Assembly: GCF_021028975.2 (NCBI RefSeq)
Contig: NC_059428.1
Coordinates: forward strand, 7,960,097 to 8,000,000
Direction: 5' to 3'
DNA: 39,904 nucleotides
Origin: Sphaerodactylus townsendi
Taxonomy: Eukaryota
A model generated the notes under the pieces. The model was not told the DNA's origin and searched no databases. It worked only from the letters and a program-made list of their open reading frames with translations. The translations under genes were made by a program, and so were the position numbers. Positions 11,162 to 22,769 of this stretch are shown piece by piece. Every line of letters starts with the position of its first letter. Within the stretch, counting starts at the first letter, position 1.

Positions 11162-12400
11162 AGATTTGAGTCCAGCAGCACCTTAGAGACCAAGAAGATT
11201 TCCAAACTTTCAAGAGTCAAAATGTTACCGCGATTTGCCAGGTAACAATAAGTGATTTCAGCTCAGCAACTTAATGAGGCACAGGAAGCAGGCGTTCTTC
11301 AAAGCAAAAGGATTTTATTGCAGGTGGTGGTCACAGCTCGGTCAGGAGAGAATCGCGCCCTTTCAACGCAGTGCAAGAACTTTTATTCCCAACCTTCAAA
11401 AGGGGGCAAAGGGGAGGTGAGGGGGCGAGTCCCTCACCCAAAACACCAATCATGAAACAAAACAGTTTACAAACCAGATACAGTTACACTTTTCTGAATG
11501 GGAAACCCAAATCTCGCTGTCAGGCGTCTTCCTGCGGGATCTCGCAATGGTTCTGAATGGAAAGCAGATAGCGTCTATTGTCCGCGAAATCCAGATGGGC
11601 TTACCGCCACACCCAGCTATCTCCTATCAGGTGGCTGCACCTTTCAGTGATGCCCTAAGGCCTTGCTTTGCTGTAACAAAAGGAAAGTTCAAACTGTCCA
11701 CTGGTGGTTCCTGCACGTCTTCCAACGGCTGGGTGACCCTTGGGTGCTGGCAGCAGATTCGATTTGTAAATCCAAAGAGGGTCATTTTCCTTATCAAAGG
11801 GTCGGCTGGGCTTTGGTCTGAGCTGCATTCCAGAGCCAACTTCCTTGTCCCTTAATATCAGACCTTAACTGGCTATTGCTTTTACTATCAGACACAAATT
11901 TCAAAAATAACATTTCTAACTTACATATTAGGGAAACTTTAAAGGATAACACATGTACTTATACTTATAGGTAAGACTTCACAACTACTAATTGGCATGG
12001 CTTTCTTAAATCTAACAATAACAAAAACCTTAAGCTAACTGAAGAACCTAACTAACACTAAGCTGCAGGCACATCCTAATTTCAACTTAAAAGGGGCATT
12101 TATTACATCGTAAATGACACAAACGCAAGGGAAACCATATAGCATTGGCACAATCATACATATACATTCTTTCTGAGCCTTATGAAGGCTTCTGAACCAC
12201 GCAAGTCTCCGCATCTGGGCATGGAGCCAGTGTAGCCAGGCAACCTGACTTCAGGAAAATATTTTGTTTATTTTCCTGGCGGTAACAAAAACTCCCCTTG
12301 TTGCATACGAGGATTCCAACTCATACCTCACCAGGGGAGATTTGACTCTTGAAAGTTTGGAAATCTTCTTGGTCTCTAAGGTGCTGCTGGATTGGAATCC
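11162..12400. mobile_element. Penelope-like palindrome split by an LTR insertion
   Basis: 11170-11221 is the reverse complement of about 12340-12391; the LTR sits at the inner edge of the left arm. Confidence 0.7.
11223..12287 (-). mobile_element. Solo LTR (about 1.07 kb)
   Basis: TGTTACCGC...GCGGTAACA 9-bp inverted termini; 4-bp TSD AAAA; AATAAA on the - strand about 11314-11319. Confidence 0.85.
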
Positions 12401-12988
12401 ATGCTTTTCATGTCCCTGTTCGGAATCTTTCCAATGAATTCTCCCACAGACATTAATATTAAACACAGGTGACTTTCATTGCCTTCAGTGTGTCTGAAAC
12501 TCGGCAACCTCAGTGTGGTTGGGGAATACTGTAGGCCCCCTGAGTTTTGTCCGGTTTGGATGGAAAACCAAAAAGGTACAAATCCAAGGAAAAGGTGTCG
12601 TCCCTTGAAGCAAACAGGAAATTACAACAAAGCAGAATTATGAAAATGAAACAATACTGAAAGAAACAATCATGAAACCAATCCCAATGATGAGACCATC
12701 CCATGTGGAATAAATAAGGATTAATAACAACTCCCATGCACACATCTAGCCACCATAGATATCTGGAAGGGGTCACTGCTATCGTTAGGAAAATTGCAGT
12801 CTAGCCCTGTTCATTCAGGGCTCACCTGTTCTTCTGGGACCCCCTTTGAGGGCTTAGCTTCCTCAGCCAGCCTCAGATAGAGATCTCACCTTCCAGGTGG
12901 ATTATTATAGCTCATCACCAGATTACAGAGATCCGTTAAGAGAAGAGAAAATGGATGTTTTGGAGGGCTGACTCCATGGCATTGTACT

Positions 12989-13306
12989 GAAGAAGAAGAA
13001 GAAGAAGAAGAAGAAGAAGAAGAAGAAGAAGAAGACCCCCCCTTTCTCTCCTGCAGGAGACTCAAAGGGGCTGACAATCTCCTTGCCCTTCCCCCCTCAC
13101 AACAAACACCCCCTGTGAGGTAGGTGGGGCTGAGAGAGCTCCAAGAAGCTGTGACTAGCTCAAGGTCACCCAGCTGGCATGTGTGGGAGTGCACAGGCTA
13201 ATCTGAATTCCCCAGAGAAGCCTCCACAGCTCAGGCGGCAGAGCGGGGAATCAAACCCAGTTCCTCCAGATTAGATACACGAGCTTTTAACCTCCTATGC
13301 CACTGC
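12989..13306 (-). mobile_element. Squam3-like SINE with expanded (TTC)n tail
   Basis: Reverse complement of 27369-27681; (GAA)n at 12989-13035. Confidence 0.88.
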
Positions 13307-13813
13307 TATGCCACTGAGGTCCCGATCCTCCGCAGGCTCAGCTTGGAGCTGGTAGCCCTACTCCCTGTCACACACTGATGGCCCATGGGGTCCTGACCAC
13401 CATGGTCTCAGAAGAGTGTGGAAGTGCAGAATTGTGCTGGCTAACCCAGGGCCCAGCTTCTTGGCAGGCTGAGATACATTGCTGATGTTCACCTGGCCTA
13501 GAGGCTTTCTTCTTGTTTATTTTACTTCTGAAGAATCACAGCGTCATAGAGTTGGATGAGGCCCACAGCCCATCTAGCCCAACCCTCTGCTCAATGCAGG
13601 ATCAGACCTCGAACATTTGGCAACTGGGTTAATAACCTAAAGTAGGAAGATGTCAGATCCCCAATGATTGAAACAACACACTGTAGAGAACAGAGGTTTA
13701 TTCATCCTGAGGACAGCTTTGAAAAGCCAGAATTGGCTTTTCCTGCGTGAACAGCAGTAATATCTTCCCCCCCCCCCCCCCCCCCCGTTAACAGTGCAAG
13801 GAAATATGTAGAC

Positions 13814-13944
13814 CAGTGGTGGCGAACCTTTGGCACTCCAGATGTTATGGACTACAATTCCCATCAGCCAATTGGCCATGCTGGCAGGGGCTGATGGGAA
13901 TTGTAGTCCATAACATCTGGAGTGCCAAAGGTTCGCCACCACGG
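13814..13944. mobile_element. Palindromic hAT MITE with deletion in the left arm
   Basis: Same subfamily as 10201-10346; about 15 bp missing near the centre; TSD not preserved. Confidence 0.88.
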
Positions 13945-14069
13945 AATAAGAGCAAGAGACCGTGAGAGTTGGCCTTGACCAGCACCTGCCGGTAGAAACA
14001 GTTAGAAACAGTCACACAATTCATTCCCCATCCCCCCAAAGCCCAGAACAACATGCTGCTCCCAGTACC

Positions 14070-14605
14070 TGTAACCCCCATGCTCAGAATGGGTTGACCC
14101 AGAAGAGGGGTGGAGACTCAAAGCAGCAAGAGGCTGCAGAGCTCATGTAGTTTGGAGGAGACGAGGCTACCAGACTCGGACCTTGGTTGTATAAGCCCTG
14201 AACACCTTGTTAAGGTAAACTGCAATGTTGTTGGGAATTACTGGGAAGGGAGTTGTTTATTTTTGCTATGTTGTAAATGTTGGAGTTTATTGTTTCAGGG
14301 TTTCTTTTTGTGTTTGTAATGGGTGAGAGTTCTCCTGGAAACCTTCACCATGTTGAATCCTGTTCACCAAGCCCTGGGAGTCTTCAGGAGCCAACCCACT
14401 TGCAAAGAAGAATTGGACTTGGCAGTATCAGTAGACTGTAACTAGAAGGACTTGAAAATGCAACCTGAACAGGACCTTGTAGTGTGATGTTAAATGTTGA
14501 TGTTTAATGTTATGTGTTAAGAAAGTAAACCATTTTGTTTTTAAAAATTGTTGTTGCAAACTCATTCCAAGTTCTGCCCCACAGAACCCACAGTTAGAGG
14601 TTACA
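14070..14605 (+). mobile_element. Solo LTR, family A, copy 2
   Basis: TGTAACC...GGTTACA termini; TSD TACC / CACC (3/4). Confidence 0.9.
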
Positions 14606-15100
14606 CACCCATTAGGCATCCTGACAGAGGGTCACCAGTAGGAGGCCTGCTGTCCACTCTGAGGTGCCCCATTGTGACATATCTAGATGCAGTTTCCTTG
14701 GTCTCAGCAGCGCTCCATGCAAGCACGTTTGACTGCTCTTTCATTTCATCCATTTGAAGGCAGCAGCGTGCCAAAATATAGGCTAGCCCCTGTTCCACGT
14801 AGTCTCCCCAAACTAAAAAGACTTGTCTCAGTCTAGCCACCCAGAGCCCACTTGGGCAGGAGGGAAGTTAATCAAAATATAAATATATATATATACATAC
14901 AAATTTCTATTTGTGGGTTTAATGGAAGGCATACTTGGTGGCAACAAATTTAAGCTTCAAACTTATTCCATCCCATTTTGCATAGCATAGCACCACAGCC
15001 GCAATGTTTAGTTTTCAGTATGGTTTAGTTTAAGTACACGAACTGAGATCCACATGCAACCGATAACAGTTTGCTCTTGCAGCTGAACCAACGTTGCCCT

Positions 15101-15305
15101 ATGGCTACCAATCTTGATCCTCCTTGATCTGAGGTTGCAAATGCCTTAGCAGACCAGGTGCTCAGGAGCAGCAGAAGGCCATTGCTTTCACCTCCTGCAG
15201 GTGAGCTCCCCAAGGCACCTGGTGGGCCACTGCGAGTAGCAGAGTGCTGGACTAGATGGACTCTGGTCTGATCCAGCAGGCCAGTTCTTATGTTCTTATG
15301 TTCTT
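15101..15305 (+). mobile_element. CR1 3' UTR fragment
   Basis: Matches other CR1 copies; GTTCTTAT x2-3 tail. Confidence 0.88.
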
Positions 15306-15309
15306 AAAC

Positions 15310-15394
15310 CAGGGGTCTGTTTGGCCATGCTGGCAGGGGCTGATGGGAATTGTAGTCCATGAACATCTGGAGAGCCACAGGTTGCAGACCCCTG
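15310..15394. mobile_element. Internally deleted palindromic hAT MITE (CAGGGGTCTG TIR)
   Basis: 10-bp TIR; most of the left arm is missing; TSD TCTTAAAC / CCCTAAAC. Confidence 0.8.
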
Positions 15395-15423
15395 CCCTAA
15401 ACTGAAACGTCGACTGAGTTGAT

Positions 15424-16434
15424 TCAGACTTCCTGGAGAGAAATACTATCCCTGTTTCTGATCATATCTATCTTCCAAAACAGCGTTCTCCAGATAGCTT
15501 TCCGAATTGGCTTGGATTTGATACTATATATGATGGGATTCAAAGCAGGGGGCACGATGAGGTAGACGTCGGCAACCACAGTGCTCACAATAGGTGGGGC
15601 ATTCTTGCCAAATCGGTGAATGATGGACAGGGCGATCATGGGGATGAAGAAAATGAATACGACCGAGATGTGGGAGACGCAGGTGTTCAGCGTCTTCCAA
15701 CACTTTCCTTTGACCCCCAGGCTCGCAATGGTCCTGACAATCAGGGCGTAAGAGAGCACAATGAAGATGAAATCAATGCCCACCGTAGAGAAGATGACCA
15801 CTAAGCCGTACAGGACGTTCACAGTGATGTCTTCTGCACAGGCCAACTTCATCACATCTGGGTGGACGCAAAAGGAGTGAGAGAGGCGGTTGTTGGGGCA
15901 GTACGACAGCCTCTTGAGTAAGAACGGGATCGGCAGGAGGGAGACGGCTGCTCTGACCAACATGGCCAGGCCGATCTTGACGACGGTGGCCCTGGTCAGG
16001 ATGGCTTTGTACCTCAGCGGCCGCGAGATGGCGACAAAGCGGTCGAAGGCCATGGCCAACAGCACAGAGGACTCCAGCACGGAGAAGATGTGGATGAAAT
16101 ACATCTGGGCGAGGCAGGCATCGAATCCGATGGCCCGGATGTCAAACCAGAAGATGCCCAGGGTCGTGGGGAGGGTGCACATGGCCATGGCCAGATCCAC
16201 AACGGCCAGCATGGACAGGAAGTGGTGCATCGGCTCACGGAGGCTCGACGTCCTCTTGATGATGAAGAGGATGGTGCAGTTGCCCGAGAAAGCAACCAGG
16301 TAAAACGAGCAGAAGAGGATGGAGAGCAACCTGTGGTGGAGCCGGCCCATTCCGGGAATTCCGATCATGAGGAGAACTGAAGGCTGGTAGAAAGAAAGGT
16401 TGGTCACCACTGCGCCCTCCTGGGGAGGCTCCAT
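15424..16434 (-). CDS. Class I olfactory receptor (OR51-like), intact, 336 aa
   Basis: GIPG, LREPMH, MAFDRFVAISRPLRY, SHSFCVHPD, NTCVSH, HRFG, PPALNPIIYSIKSK; strong Kozak AGGATGG. Confidence 0.96.
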   Translation of the reverse strand: MEPPQEGAVVTNLSFYQPSVLLMIGIPGMGRLHHRLLSILFCSFYLVAFSGNCTILFIIKRTSSLREPMHHFLSMLAVVDLAMAMCTLPTTLGIFWFDIRAIGFDACLAQMYFIHIFSVLESSVLLAMAFDRFVAISRPLRYKAILTRATVVKIGLAMLVRAAVSLLPIPFLLKRLSYCPNNRLSHSFCVHPDVMKLACAEDITVNVLYGLVVIFSTVGIDFIFIVLSYALIVRTIASLGVKGKCWKTLNTCVSHISVVFIFFIPMIALSIIHRFGKNAPPIVSTVVADVYLIVPPALNPIIYSIKSKPIRKAIWRTLFWKIDMIRNRDSISLQEV

Positions 16435-16456
16435 CCTGTCTCAGGTGCCGCATGAC

Positions 16457-16480
16457 CTAGAAATAAGAGAAAACCAACAC
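16457..16480 (-). promoter_or_regulatory. Candidate splice acceptor of the OR coding exon
   Basis: TTGGTTTTCTCTTATTTCTAG|G, 22 nt upstream of the ATG; OR genes commonly have 5' non-coding exons. Confidence 0.6.
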
Positions 16481-16691
16481 TATGTGATCATGGGGTCCCC
16501 TGGTAGTCACACTGAGGCCCAGTCATGCGCAGATGTGCAGAGTGTGGCAAAATCTGGCTACTGGTGTAGAAATTTGAACCTAGTTCTGTATTATTATTTT
16601 TAAGAGCCTCTTGAAGGGCCTCTTAAAAACCTTTTAAGTCCTTTTGAAAGGGCCTTCATAGGCAGGAGACCCTGGAACAGGTCAACAAGCT

Positions 16692-17271
16692 CAGAGGTGG
16701 GATCTAGCAGGTTCTCACCAGTTCCCGAAAGGGGGTTACTAATTATTTGTGTGTGCCGAGAGGGGGTTGCTCATTGGGTCTGCTTTTCCGTTAGAAATCC
16801 CATTAGGTCCAAAAATCATAAAGCCCTGTTGTTTCCTATGTGGCTGGTTAGCGAAGGTAGAAAATGGGACAATTCTCCTTGTTGGGCTGTTTTAAAAACA
16901 TGTTTTAATATGGTCAAGTTCCTGGTTTAAGGAAAGTCTCCTTTTGATTTCTAGAAACAAAATTAAGTATTTGAAAGTATGAAGTATTTGACAGGCAGAC
17001 AATTAGAGGAGAAGTAGTTGTTTCTGTTGGCAGTAGACGATAGGACTTGCTATAATGAGTTCAAATTATGGACAGAAAGATACCAGCTGGAAATTAGGAA
17101 CTTTTTTTCAGTAAGAGTTTTTTACAATAACAGAGAAATTATTAATGCCCCGCCCCCAGAATGCCCGGCCACGCCCCCATCGTGCCCCGCCCAGCCCCAT
17201 TGGTGCTATGCCACTGTTTGAATCCCACCACCATGGGAACCTGTTACTAAAATTTTTGGATCCCACCACTG
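16692..17271. mobile_element. Non-autonomous hAT element with the same ends as 5872-6262 but a different interior
   Basis: TIR CAGAGGTGGGATC; TSD AACAAGCT / AACAAGTT. Confidence 0.9.
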
Positions 17272-18139
17272 AACAAGTTGTTGTGATGGACCTAAAGAAA
17301 ACAGAATATAGAAGGAGAAGAATTCCCATCCCAAGTTCTGAGTTAGATTTGTTTCAAAAGCTCTGAAGTGATCCTACAGTTTGGGGAAGTCTAAAGGGGA
17401 AAAGGAATTGAGTGAATACTCCATTCATTCCAGATTTCATTCCAGGACGTGGGACAAATTGTTTGAAGGCGGGACTGTCCCGCCAAAAGCGGGACGTCTG
17501 GTCAGCCTGCACTAGCTCCCCAAGATATTCATGAATGCTGCTCTGCTCTATGCCTTGGAAAGATGGTGGACTAGTTTGTCTTCATGTTTAAGGGTAGGGG
17601 TGTTACCAAGTTTCATAACAAATCTAGTCCGTTTCCATGGACCGCATTTCTCATGTGACTTTTCATAACATTTGCCGCAAAAACTGAGATCTGGTTTTTC
17701 CATCAATGGCATAAAATGAATGAATGAAAATGGGAAGTTTGCCAAAGAAAACAAGCAGGGCAGAAATGGCCTCCCTGACAACGCGGGAAGGAAAAAACAA
17801 ACCAGTCATCCGTGTACATCTCTATTTAGGGCCTGCAAGAGGAATTCATGACCTCTGGCCAAGAGTCTGCTGGATTTATTTTTGTGTTGGCTTCAATCGG
17901 TCTTCTCTTTTACCCAGGCTTAGTTCCATGAAAATGTCATCTGTTATTAAATACTGCATCCTTGCCTTGGGTCATGAGCTGGGGGAAATTAGCCTTGAAC
18001 TCTAGCACTGGAAGCCACAATCATGGCCACTGGGACAGCTCTAGCCAATGAAGTAAACAGACTTTTATTTGAGAACCAGCTAACCTCAGATGACCATTGG
18101 GGGGGGATTAGGGGAGAGCCCTGTGGTTGAGCTAACTAA

Positions 18140-18358
18140 CAGGGGTCTGCAACCTGCGGCTCTCCAGATGTTCATGGACTACAAATCCCATCAGCCCCTG
18201 CCAGCATGGCCAATTGGGTCTGCAACCTGGGCCTGCAACCTGCGGCTCTCCAGATGTTCATGGACTACAAATCCCATCAGCCTCTGTCAGCATGGCCAAT
18301 TGGCGGGTGGGATTTGTAGTCCATGAACATCTGGAGAGCCGCAGGTTGCAGACCCCTG
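18140..18358. mobile_element. Palindromic hAT MITE (CAGGGGTCTG TIR) with duplicated left arm
   Basis: Left arm occurs twice (about 18140-18216 and 18232-18300), followed by the right arm. Confidence 0.85.
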
Positions 18359-18679
18359 AGCTAACACAATAAGGAGCCTTCAGGAGGAACAACGGACCCA
18401 ACACAGCACAAGCTGAGAGATGACAGAGGGAGATGAATGCAGAGCAGAGCCGGTGCTGGAGCAACACACCAGTCTTTAGGGACTCACAAACAATCCTTCC
18501 GTGCAACAGCTTAGATGGACATCTCCTTGTAAACAGGGCAGCGTTATCAGTGATGTGTGTGTGCGTGTAAAGTCTAAGTCACAGCCGATTTATGGGGACA
18601 CTGTAAGAGTCAAGAGACATTCAGTGGTCACCGTACTTTTCCACATGCACACACATTAAGAGCTTAGGTTTCAACATGT

Positions 18680-18820
18680 TTCAGGCCGGATTCAACTGGT
18701 TGTGGCGGGTTTTCCGGGGGGCTGTGTGGCCGTGGTCTGGTGGATCTTGTTCCTAACCTTTCACCTGCATCTGTGCCTGGCATCCCTTCAGAGGTGTATC
18801 ACAGAGGGGAGCGTGTAACA
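18680..18820 (-). mobile_element. Penelope-like pLTR fragment
   Basis: Similar to 26361-26480; hammerhead motif degenerate. Confidence 0.65.
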
Positions 18821-19400
18821 GTTTCTTCCACCTGCTTATGGAAGTGGCTGGGTACCCCCCTCCCTTGGGGGCAGCAGGGGTGGCAGAGTTTGAGCACAAC
18901 CAGGAATCAATTTTTCAAAAAAAAATTCCATGCCTCTCAGCTGGCAAGTTTGGAAAGCAGAGCTGCGTCTGGATTCTGTTTGCTTTCAGAACAAGGCATC
19001 TCTGACTGGGTTTGGAGGCTTTGGAGAGGAACTGCCATGGGAATTATCCTCCCCCCCGCCCCCGGCAGGGTTTCATTCCCATGACTTGTGAGCTGATACA
19101 AAGCAGGTGTAGCTTTAGCACTCTCTGATGCACCAGTCAAATTTCTGCCTGTGAGTTAGAATTCTTTCAGTATCCCTTTTGTTGCTGACCACCTTGGGGA
19201 GAGCACAAAGTTAGGTATAGTTAGCGTTAGGTTAGTTAGTTCAGTTTGTTTCATATAGTCTTATCACTCAGTTTCCAAAACCCCGACGTTTATGTTCCAT
19301 GAATCATTAGCCTGCAATATCAACCACGCTCACCACGATGAATCGTGTTCATTGGAACCCCATTCCACATATTGGACTACTCACCGCAGCTGTGACTCCA

Positions 19401-19959
19401 ACATAAGAACATAAGAACATAAGAACAAGCCAGCTGGATCAAATCAGAGTCCATCTAGTCCAGCTCTCTGCTGCTCACAGTGGCCCACCAGGTGCCTTTG
19501 GGAGCTCACCTGCAGGACGTGAAAGCAATGGCCTTCTGCGGCTGTTGCTCCCGAGCACCTGGTCTGCTAAGGCATTTGCAATCTCAGATCAAGGAGGATC
19601 AAGATTGGTATCCATAAATCGACTTCTCTTCCATAAATCTGTCCAAGCCCTTTTTAAAGCTATCCAGGTGAGTGGCCATCACCACCTCCTGTGGCAGCAT
19701 ATTCCAAACACCAATCCCACGTTGCGTGAAGAAGTGTTTCCTTTTATTAGTCCTAATTCTTCCCCCCAGCATTTTCAATGGATGCCCCCTGGTTCTAGTA
19801 TTGTGAGAAAGAGAGAACAATGTCTCTCTGTCAACATTTTCTACCCCAGGCATAATTTTATAGACTTCAATCATATCCCCCCTCAGACGCCTCCTCTCCA
19901 AACTAAAGAGTCCCAAACGCTGCAGCCTCTCCTCATAAGGAAGGTGCTCCAGTCCCAAC
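19401..19959 (-). mobile_element. CR1 3' fragment
   Basis: ORF 19599-19961 GLEHLPYEERLQRLGLFSLERRRLRGDMIEVYK...; tail (ACATAAGA)x3. Confidence 0.95.
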
Positions 19960-19974
19960 ATTAACTATGTATGT

Positions 19975-20150
19975 AAGTGCCTTGAGGTCACAACTGACTT
20001 ATAGTGACCCCAGCAAGGGGCTTTCAAAGGCAAGTGAGATGCAGAGGTGGTTTGTCATGACCTCTCTCTGCAGAGCCTTCCATGGCGACCTCCCTTCCAC
20101 CTACTGAACCTGCCTAGCAACTGAGATCTTAGGAGATTGGGCGATACCAC
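19975..20150 (-). mobile_element. 5S-derived/Sauria-type SINE relic
   Basis: Reverse complement has a 5S-like GATCTC..TGCTAGGCAGG..AGTA..GGAAGGGAG segment followed by a Sauria-like CAAACCACCTCTG tail; similar relics at about 31726-31856 and 39566-39630. Confidence 0.5.
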
Positions 20151-20365
20151 ACCAGCCCCCGTATCTCAACACAAGGCCAGCTGTTCCCATTATGCTATGC
20201 ACTTAGTTATTTGAACCATCCCAGAAACAGACTGCAGGCATCTCTGTATCCCATCACTGATCTGACCCCATATCCTGTATGAACACAAGACACCCTTTGT
20301 CCACGGAGGGGCCACTGGAGTCTTCTCCGTTCTCCCACGCCCAGAAACAAGAGTTATTGAGAGCT

Positions 20366-20987
20366 TAAGAACATAAGAACTAGCCTGCTGGATCAGACCA
20401 GAGTCCATCTAGTCCAGCTCTCTGCTACTCGCAGTGGCCCGCCAGGTGCCTTTGGGAGCTCACATGCAGGAGGTGAAAGCAATGGCCTTCTGCGGCTGTT
20501 GCTCCCGAGCACCTGGTCTGTTAAGGCATTTGCAATCTCAGATCAAAGAGGATCAAGATTGGTAGCCATAGATTGACTTCTCCTCCATAAATCTGTCCAA
20601 GCCCTTTTTAAAGCTATCGAGGTTAGTGGCCACCTCATGTGGCAGCATATTCCAAACACCAATCACACGTTTCCTTTTATCAGTCCTAATTCTTCCCCCC
20701 AGCATTTTCAATGAATGCCCCCTGGTTCTAGTACATTTTGCTACATTGAACTGCATTTGCCATTTCTTAGCCCACTCACCTAATTTATCAAGGTCCGCTT
20801 GGAGCTCTTCGCAATCCTTTGTGGTTCTCACCACCCTACATAATTTGGTATCATCTGCAAACTTGGCCACCACGCTACCCACCCCTACTTCCAGGTCATT
20901 TATGAATAGGTTAAAGAGCACTGGTCCCAAAACGGATCCTTGGGGGACACCACTCCCGACATCTCTCCATTGTGAGAACTTCCCATT
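20366..20987 (-). mobile_element. CR1 copy with large internal deletion
   Basis: RT motifs GVPQGSVLGP and FADD are joined directly to the C-terminal TRTRGH at about 20732. Confidence 0.92.
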
Positions 20988-22137
20988 CATACCTTTAGGA
21001 GAACATCGCCACATTTCCTCTGCCCCTACTCGGGCTTTACTCCACTCCAAACAATTGTGCTGCCAGAGGTGTAACTTTGGCTGCAGGAGTCACCACAACC
21101 AACAAGGGATCCTGGAAAACATCTTTGGGGCACCCTCCCCCGCACGGCCCTAAGGGGTGGTTGGCATTTGGGCCCTGTCCCCCGTCTCTTTCATCTACTT
21201 ACTGATCTCCCTCCTCTGGCATCTTGAGCAGGGGTGCGTCCCGCGTAATGATCCAGAGAGCTACCGGTTCCCAGGCTGGGGGGAAGGTTTTGATTCGGCG
21301 GCATCCAGAAAAGGCCCTGCTTTGCTGTCCCGGTTCAGCCAATCAGGGGAAAGGAGCCGTGGGATGCCGTGCAGAATAAATTAACTTTTTCCATTTCTGC
21401 CTCGCTCTTGGCAGGGTCGCTCTTCCACTCGTCCGTCGCTGGGCGAACTGTTTATCGTTCCCTTTGATTTATGAGTGGCCGAGCAGCTGGCAAGCTGGAG
21501 ATACAAATAACTTTATTGTGAGAACCTGCCCGGAAGATAAACAGCTGGCTGGAACCAGAAAGTTTCTTGCTGTTTGCTGAGATAACGGAGCTTCTGCCCA
21601 AATGGCTCGGCTGCCTCAATTAAAACATTTCACGGTCAATTTCTTAGTGAAAAATAGCCGCATCCACCTAGATGGAAAATGTGTGTTTCTTTACACGTTG
21701 ATCGGCTCTGCATCCCAGGCAGCAAGATGTAGAGCCAGAACATCTGGAGACGGCAACCTGTCCCACATCTGTCTACCTCCCATTAAGAAGCGCTGAGCTG
21801 ACCTGCCCTGCCCTCTGTGGGCCTTTCCTCACTTACCTTAAGCCCCGCGCTACTTGAGGGAAAGGAAGTAAGCGAGGGTCCCCGGCTTACTCCCACTGAG
21901 AGGGGAACACCCTGCGCACTGTAGCCCCGCGGGTCGTGGGGACACCTGGGCGTGCGCCTGGGATGCTGCACGCTAAGAGCAGCGCGCGGCATAGGGAGCA
22001 TCCAAGAAAGTGGGGAAAGGCTCTGTGAACCAACTTTGCCTCCAGAGCAAAGATCCTGGGGCAACCTTCAGAAAATGGCGGCAGGGAGAATCCCTTCAGC
22101 GGCACACAACATTTTGGGCATCAGCTACTGATGAAAC

Positions 22138-22238
22138 CAGTGGTGGGATTCAAATAATTTAACAACCGGTTGTTTACAAGCACCATTTGAACAACCGGAT
22201 CTGCCGAAGTGGTGCGAACCGGCTGAATCCCACCACTG
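22138..22238. mobile_element. 101-bp hAT MITE
   Basis: TIR CAGTGGTGGGATTCA; TSD GATGAAAC / GAGGAAAC. Confidence 0.9.
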
Positions 22239-22343
22239 GAGGAAACTCACCTGAGAGCAAAGCAGTCAGGCAGGAAACATAAGATGCCTCCTCTTGAGCT
22301 CTGCATTCTGCACAGACAGACGTCTTGCAGGTGGCTTAGGAGG

Positions 22344-22665
22344 AGCAGCAGTGGCGTAGGAGGTTAAGAGCTCGTGTATCTAATCTGGAGGAACCGGGTT
22401 TGAGTCCCCGCTCTGCCGCCTGAGCTGTGGAGGCTCATCTGGGGAATTCAGATTAGCCTGTGCACTCCCACACACGCCAGCTGGGTGACCTTGGAGCTAA
22501 TCCTGGCAGCTTCTCCGGAGCTCTCTCAAGCCCACCCACCTCTCACTGGGAGTGGTGATTGTTGTGAGGGGGGAAGGGCAAGGAGATTGTCAGCCCCTTT
22601 GAGTCTCCTGCAGGAGAGAAAGGGGGGATATACATCCAAACTCTTCTTCTCTTCTTCTTCTTCTT
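22344..22665 (+). mobile_element. Squam3-like SINE
   Basis: Matches 27369-27681; indel-rich at 22490-22560. Confidence 0.88.
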
Positions 22666-22769
22666 AGGGGGGAAAGGGGCAGCAGAAGGCTGGATTGATT
22701 GTTATTATTATTGTTTATAATTTACTTTGTTTATAACCATTCCCCCGCCCGCCCCCCACCACCAAAGGA

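Noticed and set aside
18814-19402. Possible LTR starting TGTAACA
   Set aside because: That motif belongs to the adjacent Penelope-like fragment, and no TSD was found.
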